Positions 28,437-37,528 of a DNA stretch of 64,000 nucleotides are shown here, piece after piece. The first letter of the stretch is position 1. Each line of letters starts with the position of its first letter. The notes below the pieces were generated by a model. That model saw only the letters and a list, made by a program, of their open reading frames with translations, was not told the origin of the DNA and ran no database searches. Position numbers and translations under genes: made by a program. Origin of the DNA: a virus. Lineage: Duplodnaviria > Caudoviricetes. The stretch is from positions 1-64,000 of IMG/VR virus record IMGVR_UViG_3300033074_000233; one strand, given 5' to 3'.

Positions 28437-29096
28437 TTAACTCTCGTTCATAGCCTTGGTAACACGGTCCTTAAGATCGTTGAACATGGCATTGATATAG
28501 GTAGCCGAACTTCTAGACGTGGTGTCGATGGCCTTGTTCACTTCTTTCTGCCGAGCAGGGTCGATGTACTCATGCAGGTCGCGCTTCATTTGATAGTTGC
28601 TATCAATGAGGAACTGACCTAGCGTCATCATGGTTGGCTGGAGAATGTCGTAGATGATTCGGTCCGTGACAATAGAACGATCATTGGCGGCTTGGATATC
28701 CGCGATCAGTTCACGAGCCTTGTCTACTAGGGCTGCAAAGGCATAAGCAGCGCGTTCGTTCTTCCACTCACGGTATTGGGACTCCGCGATAGGTAGAATA
28801 TCGAACATGGATTTGAGCATGGCCTTCTGGGCCAGTGCAATAGCGTTGTCGTTCTCTTTAACGTCCAGCAGTTCCTGAATTTTCAGGTTGTCTTGGCCGA
28901 ACATGGATACGACACTATTGACGCCGTTAAGGCTACGCTTTAGACGCTTTGCGTCACCCTTGGAAATGACCGCAGGCAGAAACTCTGCCTTGGACTCTTT
29001 CTGACGTTTGACTTTCTTAGACTTCATAAGGCGCACGTCCTCTACCACTTCCTTGTGGGAGGACTTCTTTTTCTTGCCGTTAATTACAATGGCCAT
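28437..29096 (-). CDS. Hypothetical helical protein
   Basis: 219 aa, Lys-rich N-terminus. Confidence 0.7.
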   Translation of the reverse strand: MAIVINGKKKKSSHKEVVEDVRLMKSKKVKRQKESKAEFLPAVISKGDAKRLKRSLNGVNSVVSMFGQDNLKIQELLDVKENDNAIALAQKAMLKSMFDILPIAESQYREWKNERAAYAFAALVDKARELIADIQAANDRSIVTDRIIYDILQPTMMTLGQFLIDSNYQMKRDLHEYIDPARQKEVNKAIDTTSRSSATYINAMFNDLKDRVTKAMNES

Positions 29097-29128
29097 TGGC
29101 CTATTACCTCAAGGGTAGATGAAACGGA

Positions 29129-29680
29129 TTACGACATTATTTTAACGGTTACGACGCCAGAAGTCATGTCTATGCCAATAGTAGCACGGGACATATCCGA
29201 TACTCGTGAGTCGATACGGTTAAATCCAATTCGAGTCTTTCCTTCGGAACTTGCCGCAGACGAGGATACAAAGGATTTTGTATCACTCTCGTAGCCTGCG
29301 TTATTCAAGTTCGAGGCTAGAGCAAGCACTTTGCCTTGCGTAGGGCGTTGAACAGAAAAGCCTGCGTACAGGTCTGGAAGGCTCTTACGCAATTTAACTC
29401 CAAGTACTCGGGTAACAAGTGCTAGTAGATCAGCTTCCTCGTTAGCAGCCGTTTCAAAATGCGAGAACTCGTTACTTTTCTTCGGCTTTTGAAGCCGTTC
29501 TATTTCTTTCATAACAGCACTTGCCTTTTTCTTATCCTTAATGGCGTGCTTTAAGGTAAGTTCTAGCGTTTCCCACCCATCTTGGTCAGCAATACCTAAA
29601 TACTTTTTTGCTAGCCGGTTAATCTCTGCAGGTACGCCTGTAGCAGCAGTTTCTTTGTTTGCTCTTACTAACTTAGCCAT
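29129..29680 (-). CDS. Hypothetical protein with KLVRA/ETAA motifs (possible internal head protein)
   Basis: MAKLVRANKETAA..., second ETAA internally. Confidence 0.65.
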   Translation of the reverse strand: MAKLVRANKETAATGVPAEINRLAKKYLGIADQDGWETLELTLKHAIKDKKKASAVMKEIERLQKPKKSNEFSHFETAANEEADLLALVTRVLGVKLRKSLPDLYAGFSVQRPTQGKVLALASNLNNAGYESDTKSFVSSSAASSEGKTRIGFNRIDSRVSDMSRATIGIDMTSGVVTVKIMS

Positions 29681-29703
29681 TTCGTTCTCCTGAATTTGGA
29701 AGC

Positions 29704-29726
29704 AAAACGGGGCCCGGAGACCCCGT
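29704..29726 (-). terminator. Rho-independent terminator
   Basis: Minus strand ACGGGGTC-TCCG-GGCCCCGT followed by a T run, downstream of 29762-30619. Confidence 0.7.
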
Positions 29727-29761
29727 CCTGATTGCTCACTTTACAGCGTTACACGGAGTGA

Positions 29762-30619
29762 TTACACCACCGAATGGCTGTCGATGATCTTCTCCAACTC
29801 CTTGTAATACTCAGGCGCGTAACTGAACACGGTTTTATAGTAGGCCTTCATTTCCGCAGGGTTCCACGAATCCGGGTTGTACGTTACAGCAATCTGCTTG
29901 CTGCGAATGTACTCCAGGTCCGAACCGTTGAGGAAAGCGGATTCAACAACCAGCTCCGGGTTCAGGTCAACGCGGTCTTGCGACTCCACGTCAACTACCT
30001 GCATGGTGTCTTCGCTTTCTTCGTCGCTGGCGCTGTCGGTAGCCAGTACATAGCCGTGCGACAGTTCCAGTTTCTGCGGGTGAACGAAGGCCACGTACTC
30101 GTTGTTCTGTGCATCAGCCAGCGCCATGCGAGCCAGAGCAGGAACGTCGTGTCTGTGATGCTCATTCTTCAACGAGGCCAGAGCAACCAGTTCACTCAGC
30201 GATTCCTCACTGTGACGAGCCAGGTACTTGTCTTCACCTGCAGTGTGGACTTCCCACAGACTGTTGTCCGTTTCATCCATAAGCAGGTTGGAAGCCATAG
30301 CCTTGAAAGAAGCGGCAGCAGCGGCAACGTAAGGCTTGATTTCCACGTTGCGGGCAATGAAGCCAACAGCAGCAGGAACAGCGGCGTTCGGAATCCAGCG
30401 GAACGAGCCTTCTACCGGACGAGCGTGACCGTGGAACAGACTGGCCAGTGCATTGAAGCGCTGGTTGTTGTCAGCATCAGCCGTGTTGAAGGCAACGATT
30501 ACCTTGCACAGGTTGGGGCTGATTTCCTTGTAGTCCTGGATGGAAGCAACGACCAGAGAGGTCGCGGCCTGCATACGAGCAACTACGCGGTCCATATTGA
30601 GTTTCTTACCAGATTGCAT
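29762..30619 (-). CDS. Putative virion structural protein
   Basis: 285 aa, strongly biased codon usage, AGGAG SD, own terminator. Confidence 0.55.
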   Translation of the reverse strand: MQSGKKLNMDRVVARMQAATSLVVASIQDYKEISPNLCKVIVAFNTADADNNQRFNALASLFHGHARPVEGSFRWIPNAAVPAAVGFIARNVEIKPYVAAAAASFKAMASNLLMDETDNSLWEVHTAGEDKYLARHSEESLSELVALASLKNEHHRHDVPALARMALADAQNNEYVAFVHPQKLELSHGYVLATDSASDEESEDTMQVVDVESQDRVDLNPELVVESAFLNGSDLEYIRSKQIAVTYNPDSWNPAEMKAYYKTVFSYAPEYYKELEKIIDSHSVV

Positions 30620-30728
30620 TTTAGAACTCCTAGGGTAGGTTTACCCATTTTGATTGTCCCTTTCGGAACGGCGTGTGTTTACCTCAGAGGGTACGCTTTG
30701 GAACATTTACAGGTGGAACAAAAATCAT

Positions 30729-31427
30729 TTAGCCTACTAACTCGCGGTAAGCCTTATAGACCGCATCTGTAGTGAGTCCATGCTCACGAATAGTGCGACC
30801 GTAATCGCCTAGTAGATCCTGAATATCACTAATTTCTCCTTCAGCGCGCATAGCACGTTGTGACGTTAAGATGTCTTTGGCAATGTCCTTGGCAGTCCGC
30901 TTTTTAACTGGGGTCTTCTTGGCTGCTGGTTTGCTAGCAGGCTTCTTGGTAGACCGCTGAATATAGTAGCCGCGTTTTTCCACAGCATCTAGGTCGTTTT
31001 CGTCCTCGACAGCAGGGTTCGTTGCCTTCTTCAATTTCGGACCAGAAAGTTTCTTTGGTACTACGGCAGGCTTGGCCTTGGTCTTCGGCGCTTCTGGAGC
31101 CTTATCTTTCTTCTTACCGTACTTGGAGTTCGGGTGAAGTTTCAGGTACTGGTCCTGTTGCTTCTTATCGAGCGACTTCCACCATTTGTCGCCAGCATCA
31201 GCAGCCGTTTCTACTGAGGACTGAGTCTTTTTTGCTTTGTTACGTTCCTTAGCCCGGGCTTCTGCTTGGGCCTTGGAGGAATAGGACTCGTAGGCCTTTC
31301 CAGTGTTATCACCAAATACACACCAGTCGCCGGTGTCTTCGTCTTTCTCAGCATAAAACTCAGTGTCTTTTCCATTGCTTCTAGCCGCAGTTTCTACTCT
31401 TGCGCGAACCAATTTATAACGACTCAT
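30729..31427 (-). CDS. Lys-rich hypothetical protein with KLVRA/VETAA motifs (possible internal head protein)
   Basis: MSRYKLVRARVETAA, second VETAA; K/P/A-rich linkers. Confidence 0.65.
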   Translation of the reverse strand: MSRYKLVRARVETAARSNGKDTEFYAEKDEDTGDWCVFGDNTGKAYESYSSKAQAEARAKERNKAKKTQSSVETAADAGDKWWKSLDKKQQDQYLKLHPNSKYGKKKDKAPEAPKTKAKPAVVPKKLSGPKLKKATNPAVEDENDLDAVEKRGYYIQRSTKKPASKPAAKKTPVKKRTAKDIAKDILTSQRAMRAEGEISDIQDLLGDYGRTIREHGLTTDAVYKAYRELVG

Positions 31428-31543
31428 TTCTTTTCTCCAAGGCGATGTTGTACGGACGAAATTAAATTAGCGAACTCAGCACCTGCACCGTTGTCATCCG
31501 TTTCTCCTTTACCCTCTTCTTCCATGACAGTCAAACGACTGTA
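31424..31543 (-). pseudogene. Relic original 3' end of the DUF5661-like gene (32581-33027)
   Basis: 39 open codons YSRLTVMEEEGKGETDDNGAGAEFANLISSVQHRLGEKK*, aligning with YSRLLQMEKEMKGEVENTDGNFSEFA; its TGA overlaps the next ATG (ATGA). Confidence 0.8.
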
Positions 31544-31544
31544 A

Positions 31545-32486
31545 TTAAGCGGCGCGATTCTTTTCATAAACACGAATCCTTTTGTATAATTGCTTCTTGG
31601 TCATTACAACAGTCCAACGTTTTTCTAGGTTGTCTTCCCAAGAAACAAGTTGAAGATTTGCAGGATGTGCAATAACTTCGGGTGGAATTTTATGCTCAAA
31701 GCCTTCTTTTATGCCAAATACATGATCTATTTGTAGTGCGCCTTTAACTCCACACTTACCACGTTTTGAGAGTAGTTTCTTTGGCAAATCGTTTTTACCA
31801 AATCTGCTTGTTAATGAATGAACTTTGTTCCTGTATTTGGAAAAGGCCTTTTGATCTTTTACTTGATAGCCCATCTTAACTCTAGCGGCTCGACCTTTTC
31901 TAATAATTTCTGCTCTTACTTTGTCTAGGTGCATTATGTGTTCGACGCCATACTTCGCTAAGAAAGTTGCTTTAGTTTTAGCCCTGGATTTAGCCTTGAA
32001 CTCTTTTGATCTTGACTCGCGTTTTAGCCTGCGCTTTTCATGTACCTCATCTAGGTATGAGGGATTGGATACTCCATACCTCTTTTTCATTCCCTTGATA
32101 CGGGCCTTAGTTAGTTTTTCTTGGTAGTTTGGACCTAACCTTCTTTCCAAGGTTCTTCTTTGGCCGTCTTTTATTTTCTTTATCTCGGACTTTGATTTTG
32201 AAGACCAAGCCTCTCTTACTTTTTCTCGCCAAACATCTTTTACTTTTGAGTTAAGTGTACCACAAGTTCTAGAGCAGTGTTTAATGAAGCCTCGTTCTAG
32301 CCCAAGGAAGTGTGTTTCATTACTACAGCCTTTCCTTGCACACATACCTTCAGTGTCTTTTGCTCTGTATTTTATGTAGTAGTCTCTTACTTTTAGATTG
32401 TGTTCTTTTGATATGTGTATTCCCAATCCATTATAGGTTCTTGACTTGTATCCACAAACCTTGCAGGTACGAATAATAACTATCAT
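31545..32486 (-). CDS. Free-standing HNH homing endonuclease with Zn finger and YGV repeats
   Basis: C2H2-like N-terminus; RYGV/KYGV repeats; C-terminal QIDHVF...HPANLQLVSWEDNLEK; very AT-rich. Confidence 0.8.
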   Translation of the reverse strand: MIVIIRTCKVCGYKSRTYNGLGIHISKEHNLKVRDYYIKYRAKDTEGMCARKGCSNETHFLGLERGFIKHCSRTCGTLNSKVKDVWREKVREAWSSKSKSEIKKIKDGQRRTLERRLGPNYQEKLTKARIKGMKKRYGVSNPSYLDEVHEKRRLKRESRSKEFKAKSRAKTKATFLAKYGVEHIMHLDKVRAEIIRKGRAARVKMGYQVKDQKAFSKYRNKVHSLTSRFGKNDLPKKLLSKRGKCGVKGALQIDHVFGIKEGFEHKIPPEVIAHPANLQLVSWEDNLEKRWTVVMTKKQLYKRIRVYEKNRAA

Positions 32487-32517
32487 AACCGAGTCCCCTC
32501 AGTCTATCCAATGTATT

Positions 32518-32576
32518 TACGTTACACCAAGTGACTGGATGGGTCACGTTTCGGTAGCAAGCCTAGGTGTAACGTA
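32518..32576 (-). promoter_or_regulatory. Structured leader upstream of the HNH endonuclease
   Basis: 11-bp inverted repeat tacgttacacc...ggtgtaacgta enclosing hairpin gtgac-tggatgg-gtcac. Confidence 0.55.
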
Positions 32577-32580
32577 GTCT

Positions 32581-33027
32581 CTATCGGAGCAAGCGGGCTT
32601 CAATTTGAGCCGCAAACTCCGAAAAATTTCCGTCCGTGTTTTCAACCTCTCCTTTCATTTCCTTTTCCATCTGTAGCAAGCGCGAGTAGTAATTTCCAGC
32701 ACCTGATTCCATGAGGTGGTCTTTGGCAATAATCTTGGCCACGTCTTCATTGTCCGTGTGCTCGACTTCTACCTTGATACCCATCTCCAATTCTTTCGGG
32801 TCGAAGGCTTCATCTGGTACGTTGGCGTGTTTGCCTACGCCTTTAAGCAGCGAAGACAGCAGGTGATAAATCTCACCTTCAAGGGACTCAGGTGAAAGCC
32901 CGAGATCACGCGCCCACTTGTGGACTTCATGGTCCCGAGCGTTCTGGTTCTTGAGGAAGTAGTCAATGATAGCCGACTGGTGCCTAACTACCCTTGCTTC
33001 CTGCTTGTACCGTTTCAACTTAGGCAT
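32581..33027 (-). CDS. DUF5661-like phage protein
   Basis: LEMGIKVEVEHT...AKIIAKDHLME...YYSRLLQME pattern. Confidence 0.7.
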   Translation of the reverse strand: MPKLKRYKQEARVVRHQSAIIDYFLKNQNARDHEVHKWARDLGLSPESLEGEIYHLLSSLLKGVGKHANVPDEAFDPKELEMGIKVEVEHTDNEDVAKIIAKDHLMESGAGNYYSRLLQMEKEMKGEVENTDGNFSEFAAQIEARLLR

Positions 33028-33030
33028 AAA

Positions 33031-33846
33031 TCACCTCAGAGTAGAGAGGAACTTTGATATGTCACTTTTAGACTTGTAAGTCATAAAATCGCTCGGATAA
33101 TCAGCGCGCATATCCACAATCTGGAACAAGTCATCTTTGTTGAAAGATATTTCAGATAACGGAACTAACACTTCTCCCTCTGTTACCATGTTAGTGTAGG
33201 TATCTTCCTTGTAGTGTGCTTGTCTGTGTTCTTTGTAAACGTATTCAGACAAACCCGGTGCTGGAAGGATTTTATACTTCTTAATAGACTCTAGCCTGTC
33301 GTCTAATGCTTCCAGTAAAGTTAAGGCACTAAGTACCGGAAATCCAGCGTAGGACTTCTTAACCGTTAATTGAATCTTTCCTATTGAAATTCCTGAGTCG
33401 GTAGTTACTACGGTACTGCGTGTAAAGGAATGCCATTTCCATAAATGTTCCTTCGTCCTAAACTTTATGGTCTTTCCTTCAGATAACGAAGCCAGAATCG
33501 GTGAGTCACTACTTAGGGTTATGGTGCGGTATAGGTCTTGGCTGCTCGTAGATTTCTTTTTTATGAAGGCTGAGATCTTTTTCTCTAGGGTTTTTCCCAC
33601 GGGACTGGCGAAAAAGGCGACCTTTTTGGAAACAGGCTCACTAGAGCAATACTTAAAAATCCCACAGGCTACTGCTTGGTCGTTAGGAACCAGGCTTAGA
33701 CTTATAGCGTGTTCTATCAGGGTCTGCCTATTAGGAAGTCCCCTAGGAAAACTAGAAGACTTCAGGAATTTCTCAGGGTCTGCTGAGAAATAAGGCTTCC
33801 ACCAGTTAGGATTAGCCTTTACTAACTTAGGCATATCCAGCCTCAC
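33031..33846 (-). CDS. Putative ADP-ribosyltransferase (R-S-E type)
   Basis: LYR ... HSFTRS ... TEGEVLVP in the expected order; probable true start MPKLVKA at 33834. Confidence 0.5.
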   Translation of the reverse strand: MRLDMPKLVKANPNWWKPYFSADPEKFLKSSSFPRGLPNRQTLIEHAISLSLVPNDQAVACGIFKYCSSEPVSKKVAFFASPVGKTLEKKISAFIKKKSTSSQDLYRTITLSSDSPILASLSEGKTIKFRTKEHLWKWHSFTRSTVVTTDSGISIGKIQLTVKKSYAGFPVLSALTLLEALDDRLESIKKYKILPAPGLSEYVYKEHRQAHYKEDTYTNMVTEGEVLVPLSEISFNKDDLFQIVDMRADYPSDFMTYKSKSDISKFLSTLR

Positions 33847-34127
33847 TTAAATCTGATTCGGTTGGCACGGTAGAAGTCATAGTCTACCTTGTCTAGCGCA
33901 TGAATGCCTCTCGGATTGCTTTTAAGTATCTTGGCAATACGATTGACTTGGTTGTTCTGGACCTGCTTCTCCTGAAACGGACGCTTATCCGATGCAACAG
34001 GTGCAGGCTTATTCAGCCGTTTCAGGACGTGTTTCTCAAGCCTTTCAATGCGCCGAATCAACCGCTGATATTCATTGATAGTCAGGTCGATTGATTGTGA
34101 TGCTGAGGCTCTAACCAGTGTTGCCAT
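33843..34127 (-). CDS. Hypothetical protein (MATLVRA N-terminus)
   Basis: 94 aa, GAGGTG SD. Confidence 0.6.
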   Translation of the reverse strand: MATLVRASASQSIDLTINEYQRLIRRIERLEKHVLKRLNKPAPVASDKRPFQEKQVQNNQVNRIAKILKSNPRGIHALDKVDYDFYRANRIRFK

Positions 34128-34135
34128 AAGTCACC

Positions 34136-35311
34136 TCAGAAGATGTTCCGTTGACCGCCGAGCCACGTATTTTGGTTCCAGGGCCGTATGTTGGCAACAG
34201 GAGAAAGCGTAACACCAACAGTACCAATAGCACCATACTGGAGTTTGTTCGGATTCACGTTGCCATCACCGCCCGTATTACCACGCTTGGCAAGGAGACC
34301 TTTGAACTGGCGGCCAGGATCATTCAGAGAACTCTCCAGAGCAGACGCCATACCTTCGTAATACTGAGTGCGGTCAATGTTTAGCGAAATGGCTTGCCCA
34401 CCAAAGTCGAAGGCTGATTCTCCTTCGAACAAATACTGAGAGCGTAGCGCAGAAACTTTCGACCACCCGAGCCAATAAGCGCGCACACCACCTGTAGCAT
34501 TGGTGAACGTAAACGTAGTAGGTTGAGCGAAGGCATTCCATAGGTCACCACCCAAGCGCAAATGGGTGAAAGCATCCAACACAGAGAAGGTTGGACGATC
34601 ACCCAGGCTAGAACGTGCTTTGTTAATCTCGGCAAGCAGGTCTTTCATGGCTTGCATCATGCTTGGCGTAACGCAATATACCGCAGCGTTCTCCACACCT
34701 GTTGACGTGCCTGGGCCGTTGTTGTACGACCATAGCAGGTGATACGGAGCCAGAGTTGCTGGAACAATGGTTGGATCGAGCGTCAGTTGTAACGTGTACA
34801 GGTAGCCATCGGCAGTAGCGGTAGGACCACTAACAGTAGGTGGCAACGGATTTATCTTGGTATTCTGGAAGTAGAAATCTGCCGTTACGTTGGAGAAAAT
34901 AGCAGGCAGAACCAAGTTCATTTGAACCGTGTTGCCACTCAATTCAATTACGTCTTCCGCACCTTGGTACGTGAGACCAAGTGGCTGTACTACTATGTTG
35001 GAGTAGGCTTGGAACGTGGTATCTGCCGTTGTAAGCGTGAAACGAACTTGATAAGACTCACCAATTATGTTGGTGGGAATGTTGCTAGGAACAGCGACAA
35101 TAACCGTAGCCTGAGCCGACACGCCGTTAAGCGTGTTAGCAAATGAATAACCTGTGCTACCACCAGACGCATAGACTTGGCCTACAGCGTCAAGTAGTTC
35201 ATAGGTAATTGTACCACTGGAAGCATCCGTGCCCACAGGCAGCGTGAACTGCGCCACAGTGGTTGCGCTATTGCCCGCTACTACAGGTTCGAAGGCGTTT
35301 ACAAAAGGCAC
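34136..35311 (-). CDS. Putative head-tail adaptor/neck structural protein with Ig-like N-terminal domains
   Basis: 391 aa; beta-rich N-half, helical C-half; GGAGGTG SD with GTG start. Confidence 0.45.
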   Translation of the reverse strand: MPFVNAFEPVVAGNSATTVAQFTLPVGTDASSGTITYELLDAVGQVYASGGSTGYSFANTLNGVSAQATVIVAVPSNIPTNIIGESYQVRFTLTTADTTFQAYSNIVVQPLGLTYQGAEDVIELSGNTVQMNLVLPAIFSNVTADFYFQNTKINPLPPTVSGPTATADGYLYTLQLTLDPTIVPATLAPYHLLWSYNNGPGTSTGVENAAVYCVTPSMMQAMKDLLAEINKARSSLGDRPTFSVLDAFTHLRLGGDLWNAFAQPTTFTFTNATGGVRAYWLGWSKVSALRSQYLFEGESAFDFGGQAISLNIDRTQYYEGMASALESSLNDPGRQFKGLLAKRGNTGGDGNVNPNKLQYGAIGTVGVTLSPVANIRPWNQNTWLGGQRNIF

Positions 35312-35324
35312 TGGTCACCTCCTA

Positions 35325-37067
35325 TTAAGATACTTTCAGCGGAACGCCATCACCAATCTTGACCACGTACTTACTTGTGCTTGCACCTGGCTTCAAGTTC
35401 TCGAAGATAATCGTTACGAGTTCAGGCTCTACACGTACCGTTTGAACCTTGAGACCTGTACCTTTTACTCGCGGAGCAAGTGCAGCAAGGAACCTTTCTT
35501 TGGTTACGTTCGGTACAGCAGTAGGCGTTACAACCTTTTCTACGCCCATCAACTTGTACGTTATGCCAACAGAGGTCAGCACCGAAGTAACAATGTCCTT
35601 GATCTTCGTTACCATATCCGTAGGTACAGGCTCTGACTTGGTACCAGGAGGTGTAGCAACTGGCTTGGGTGCAGTCTTGGTCTGAGGTGCACTGTTGTCA
35701 TCGTTCGCAAGGTCTTCGTCAACCATCTTGTTGAACTGACGAACAAACTGCGTGGCCTGATTCGGTGTCCAATCGAACTCCTGAGCAAAACGATCAACCA
35801 TAGCCTGGTCAATACGAATGTCCTTCAGGTGCTGACGCGACGGCTTAACCACAACAAAGTCGATAACCCAGTTTGGACCAGCCTTGTAAACAGGACGACG
35901 CTTAACGGTACCAGCCTTAGGAGGCAGAACCTTAAGGATCAAGGTCTTGTTGATAACGTCTGCAATCGTCTCGGCGTCCTTCTTGTCCTTCACCTTCTTG
36001 CCATTAATTGCAAAGGACATGACGTTTTCTTCTACGCTCATGTCTACAATCATTTCGGCAGGAATACCCCAGCGAGTTTTCTTCAACTGGGTCTTGGTTA
36101 CTTCAAGCGGAACGCGCTCAATGAAGGTAGAGAAGTTCTCAGACTCCAGAGCGATAAGCAGGTCGTGCCAACCAGTTGCTTCCTTGGTGAACTGCACCTC
36201 AGGTACGAAACGACCCGGAGGTGCATAATGAGTCAGCGTGGTGAAGTGCATCGTCATTTGGTTGGATGGCGTTTTTACCACACCAGTGAAGATGATGTAG
36301 TATTTGGAGAAGATGGTCTCGGAGTCATTCTTGAAGTTGGTCAGTTCAAGGTAGTGGTTGTACTCAAAGGAGAACTGACCCTTGTTGTCAACCTTCGGGG
36401 TAACGTAAACGTATTCCGAATAGTCCTCGAACGAGTCCTTGAAGGTCTCTACCGTCTTCGCAACCAGATGCTTGCACATCAACTTGAATTGCTTAGGCTC
36501 GGTCTTCTTGGCCGTTGTCTGCATAAACTTGTAGGCATCTTCAAGCGCGGTCTGGAGAACCTTACGCTTGGCCTTGAGTTCCTTGGTGAACTTACCTGTC
36601 ATTGCAGGTTCGTCCGAGAAATCATCCGCTACTTTATAAATGAAGGCGTCAAGCGTTTCAATCTTGGCGTGCAGACGATTTAATGCCGCGTACTTCTTGA
36701 CCATCTGTTGGCCAGGAGGTGCGGTGAACTCAACAGGAATTGCCTGACCTTCTTTTACTTTCGGCTTAGGAGACTTGGCCGTAGGTTCAGGAGCCTTGAA
36801 ATCCTGGCCGCCATGCTTAATTACACGCATGGATTTAATACCAGAGGCCACAGCCTTCAGACGCATTAAAGCGCGGACATTGGCAGGTTCAAACATGGAT
36901 TTAAACCGTTTGATCTCGGCAATATCTTCCATAGCCGACCGCATCAATTCGTCAGCATAGGCTTCCGCTTCCTTCAAGGAACGGAAATTGTAAGTGGTAA
37001 CATCCGTAACGTCCGATTGTGCCAGAGACTGGAAACGGCGAATGGTACGCAGGTTAGTAATTGACAT
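35325..37067 (-). CDS. Hypothetical protein, probably virion-associated
   Basis: 580 aa, core codon bias, promoter-like motif at 37100-37111. Confidence 0.65.
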   Translation of the reverse strand: MSITNLRTIRRFQSLAQSDVTDVTTYNFRSLKEAEAYADELMRSAMEDIAEIKRFKSMFEPANVRALMRLKAVASGIKSMRVIKHGGQDFKAPEPTAKSPKPKVKEGQAIPVEFTAPPGQQMVKKYAALNRLHAKIETLDAFIYKVADDFSDEPAMTGKFTKELKAKRKVLQTALEDAYKFMQTTAKKTEPKQFKLMCKHLVAKTVETFKDSFEDYSEYVYVTPKVDNKGQFSFEYNHYLELTNFKNDSETIFSKYYIIFTGVVKTPSNQMTMHFTTLTHYAPPGRFVPEVQFTKEATGWHDLLIALESENFSTFIERVPLEVTKTQLKKTRWGIPAEMIVDMSVEENVMSFAINGKKVKDKKDAETIADVINKTLILKVLPPKAGTVKRRPVYKAGPNWVIDFVVVKPSRQHLKDIRIDQAMVDRFAQEFDWTPNQATQFVRQFNKMVDEDLANDDNSAPQTKTAPKPVATPPGTKSEPVPTDMVTKIKDIVTSVLTSVGITYKLMGVEKVVTPTAVPNVTKERFLAALAPRVKGTGLKVQTVRVEPELVTIIFENLKPGASTSKYVVKIGDGVPLKVS

Positions 37068-37105
37068 TTACGGTGTCTCCATTTGATCTATTGCGTACAA
37101 TGAAA

Positions 37106-37528
37106 TTAGCGTGTAGGTGTTATTTCTAACTCAATTACCCCTTTGCTAATTAGTCCATTAACCATAGCAAATGAATTGTGACCATATCTATTTTCCTTAA
37201 TGTATTTACCTATTGCAATACGCTTGGCCTTTTCTTTTGTTGGCACATCGGTAATTATGTAGTTGTATTTATTCGGGCCGTGAAGAAATACTACAACATA
37301 GTCCTTGTTGTTACTTTCAGGCTTACCGTGACGTGCATCCATTTCTTTCAGCATGTCACGGCGTATGCTTGAGTTAGGAGGACCACCAAAAAGAATTTTG
37401 TGGATTTCCGAAGGTTTAAGGTGAGAAGGATAATCACCGTCAACACGACCTTTGGCCTTCTTATAGGCCCAAGCAGGCCTTAGTGTTACGTTCTCGAACT
37501 CATCGTAGTCTTGTTTTGTGAAGGCCAT
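37106..37528 (-). CDS. Hypothetical protein
   Basis: 140 aa. Confidence 0.6.
   Translation of the reverse strand: MAFTKQDYDEFENVTLRPAWAYKKAKGRVDGDYPSHLKPSEIHKILFGGPPNSSIRRDMLKEMDARHGKPESNNKDYVVVFLHGPNKYNYIITDVPTKEKAKRIAIGKYIKENRYGHNSFAMVNGLISKGVIELEITPTR

Noticed and set aside
28145-29096. Small terminase assignment for 28437-29096 (next to HNH) or for 8429-9049
   Set aside because: Only context suggests it; no recognisable motif, so both are left hypothetical.
30640-30690. c-di-GMP-I riboswitch
   Set aside because: GGTAAAC/GAAA/GGGAC words are present, but P2 pairing and the P3 receptor stem do not fit.
32487-32580. HEARO/omega RNA (IscB) or hammerhead ribozyme upstream of the HNH gene
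   Set aside because: Only short word matches (CTACGTT, GAAAC); the protein lacks PLMP/RuvC motifs, the region is too short, and the hammerhead core and stems cannot be built.
9171-36683. Other long plus-strand ORFs (9171-10106, 17834-18634, 29774-30772, 35829-36683 and similar)
   Set aside because: They lie opposite well-supported minus-strand genes and have shadow-like composition.
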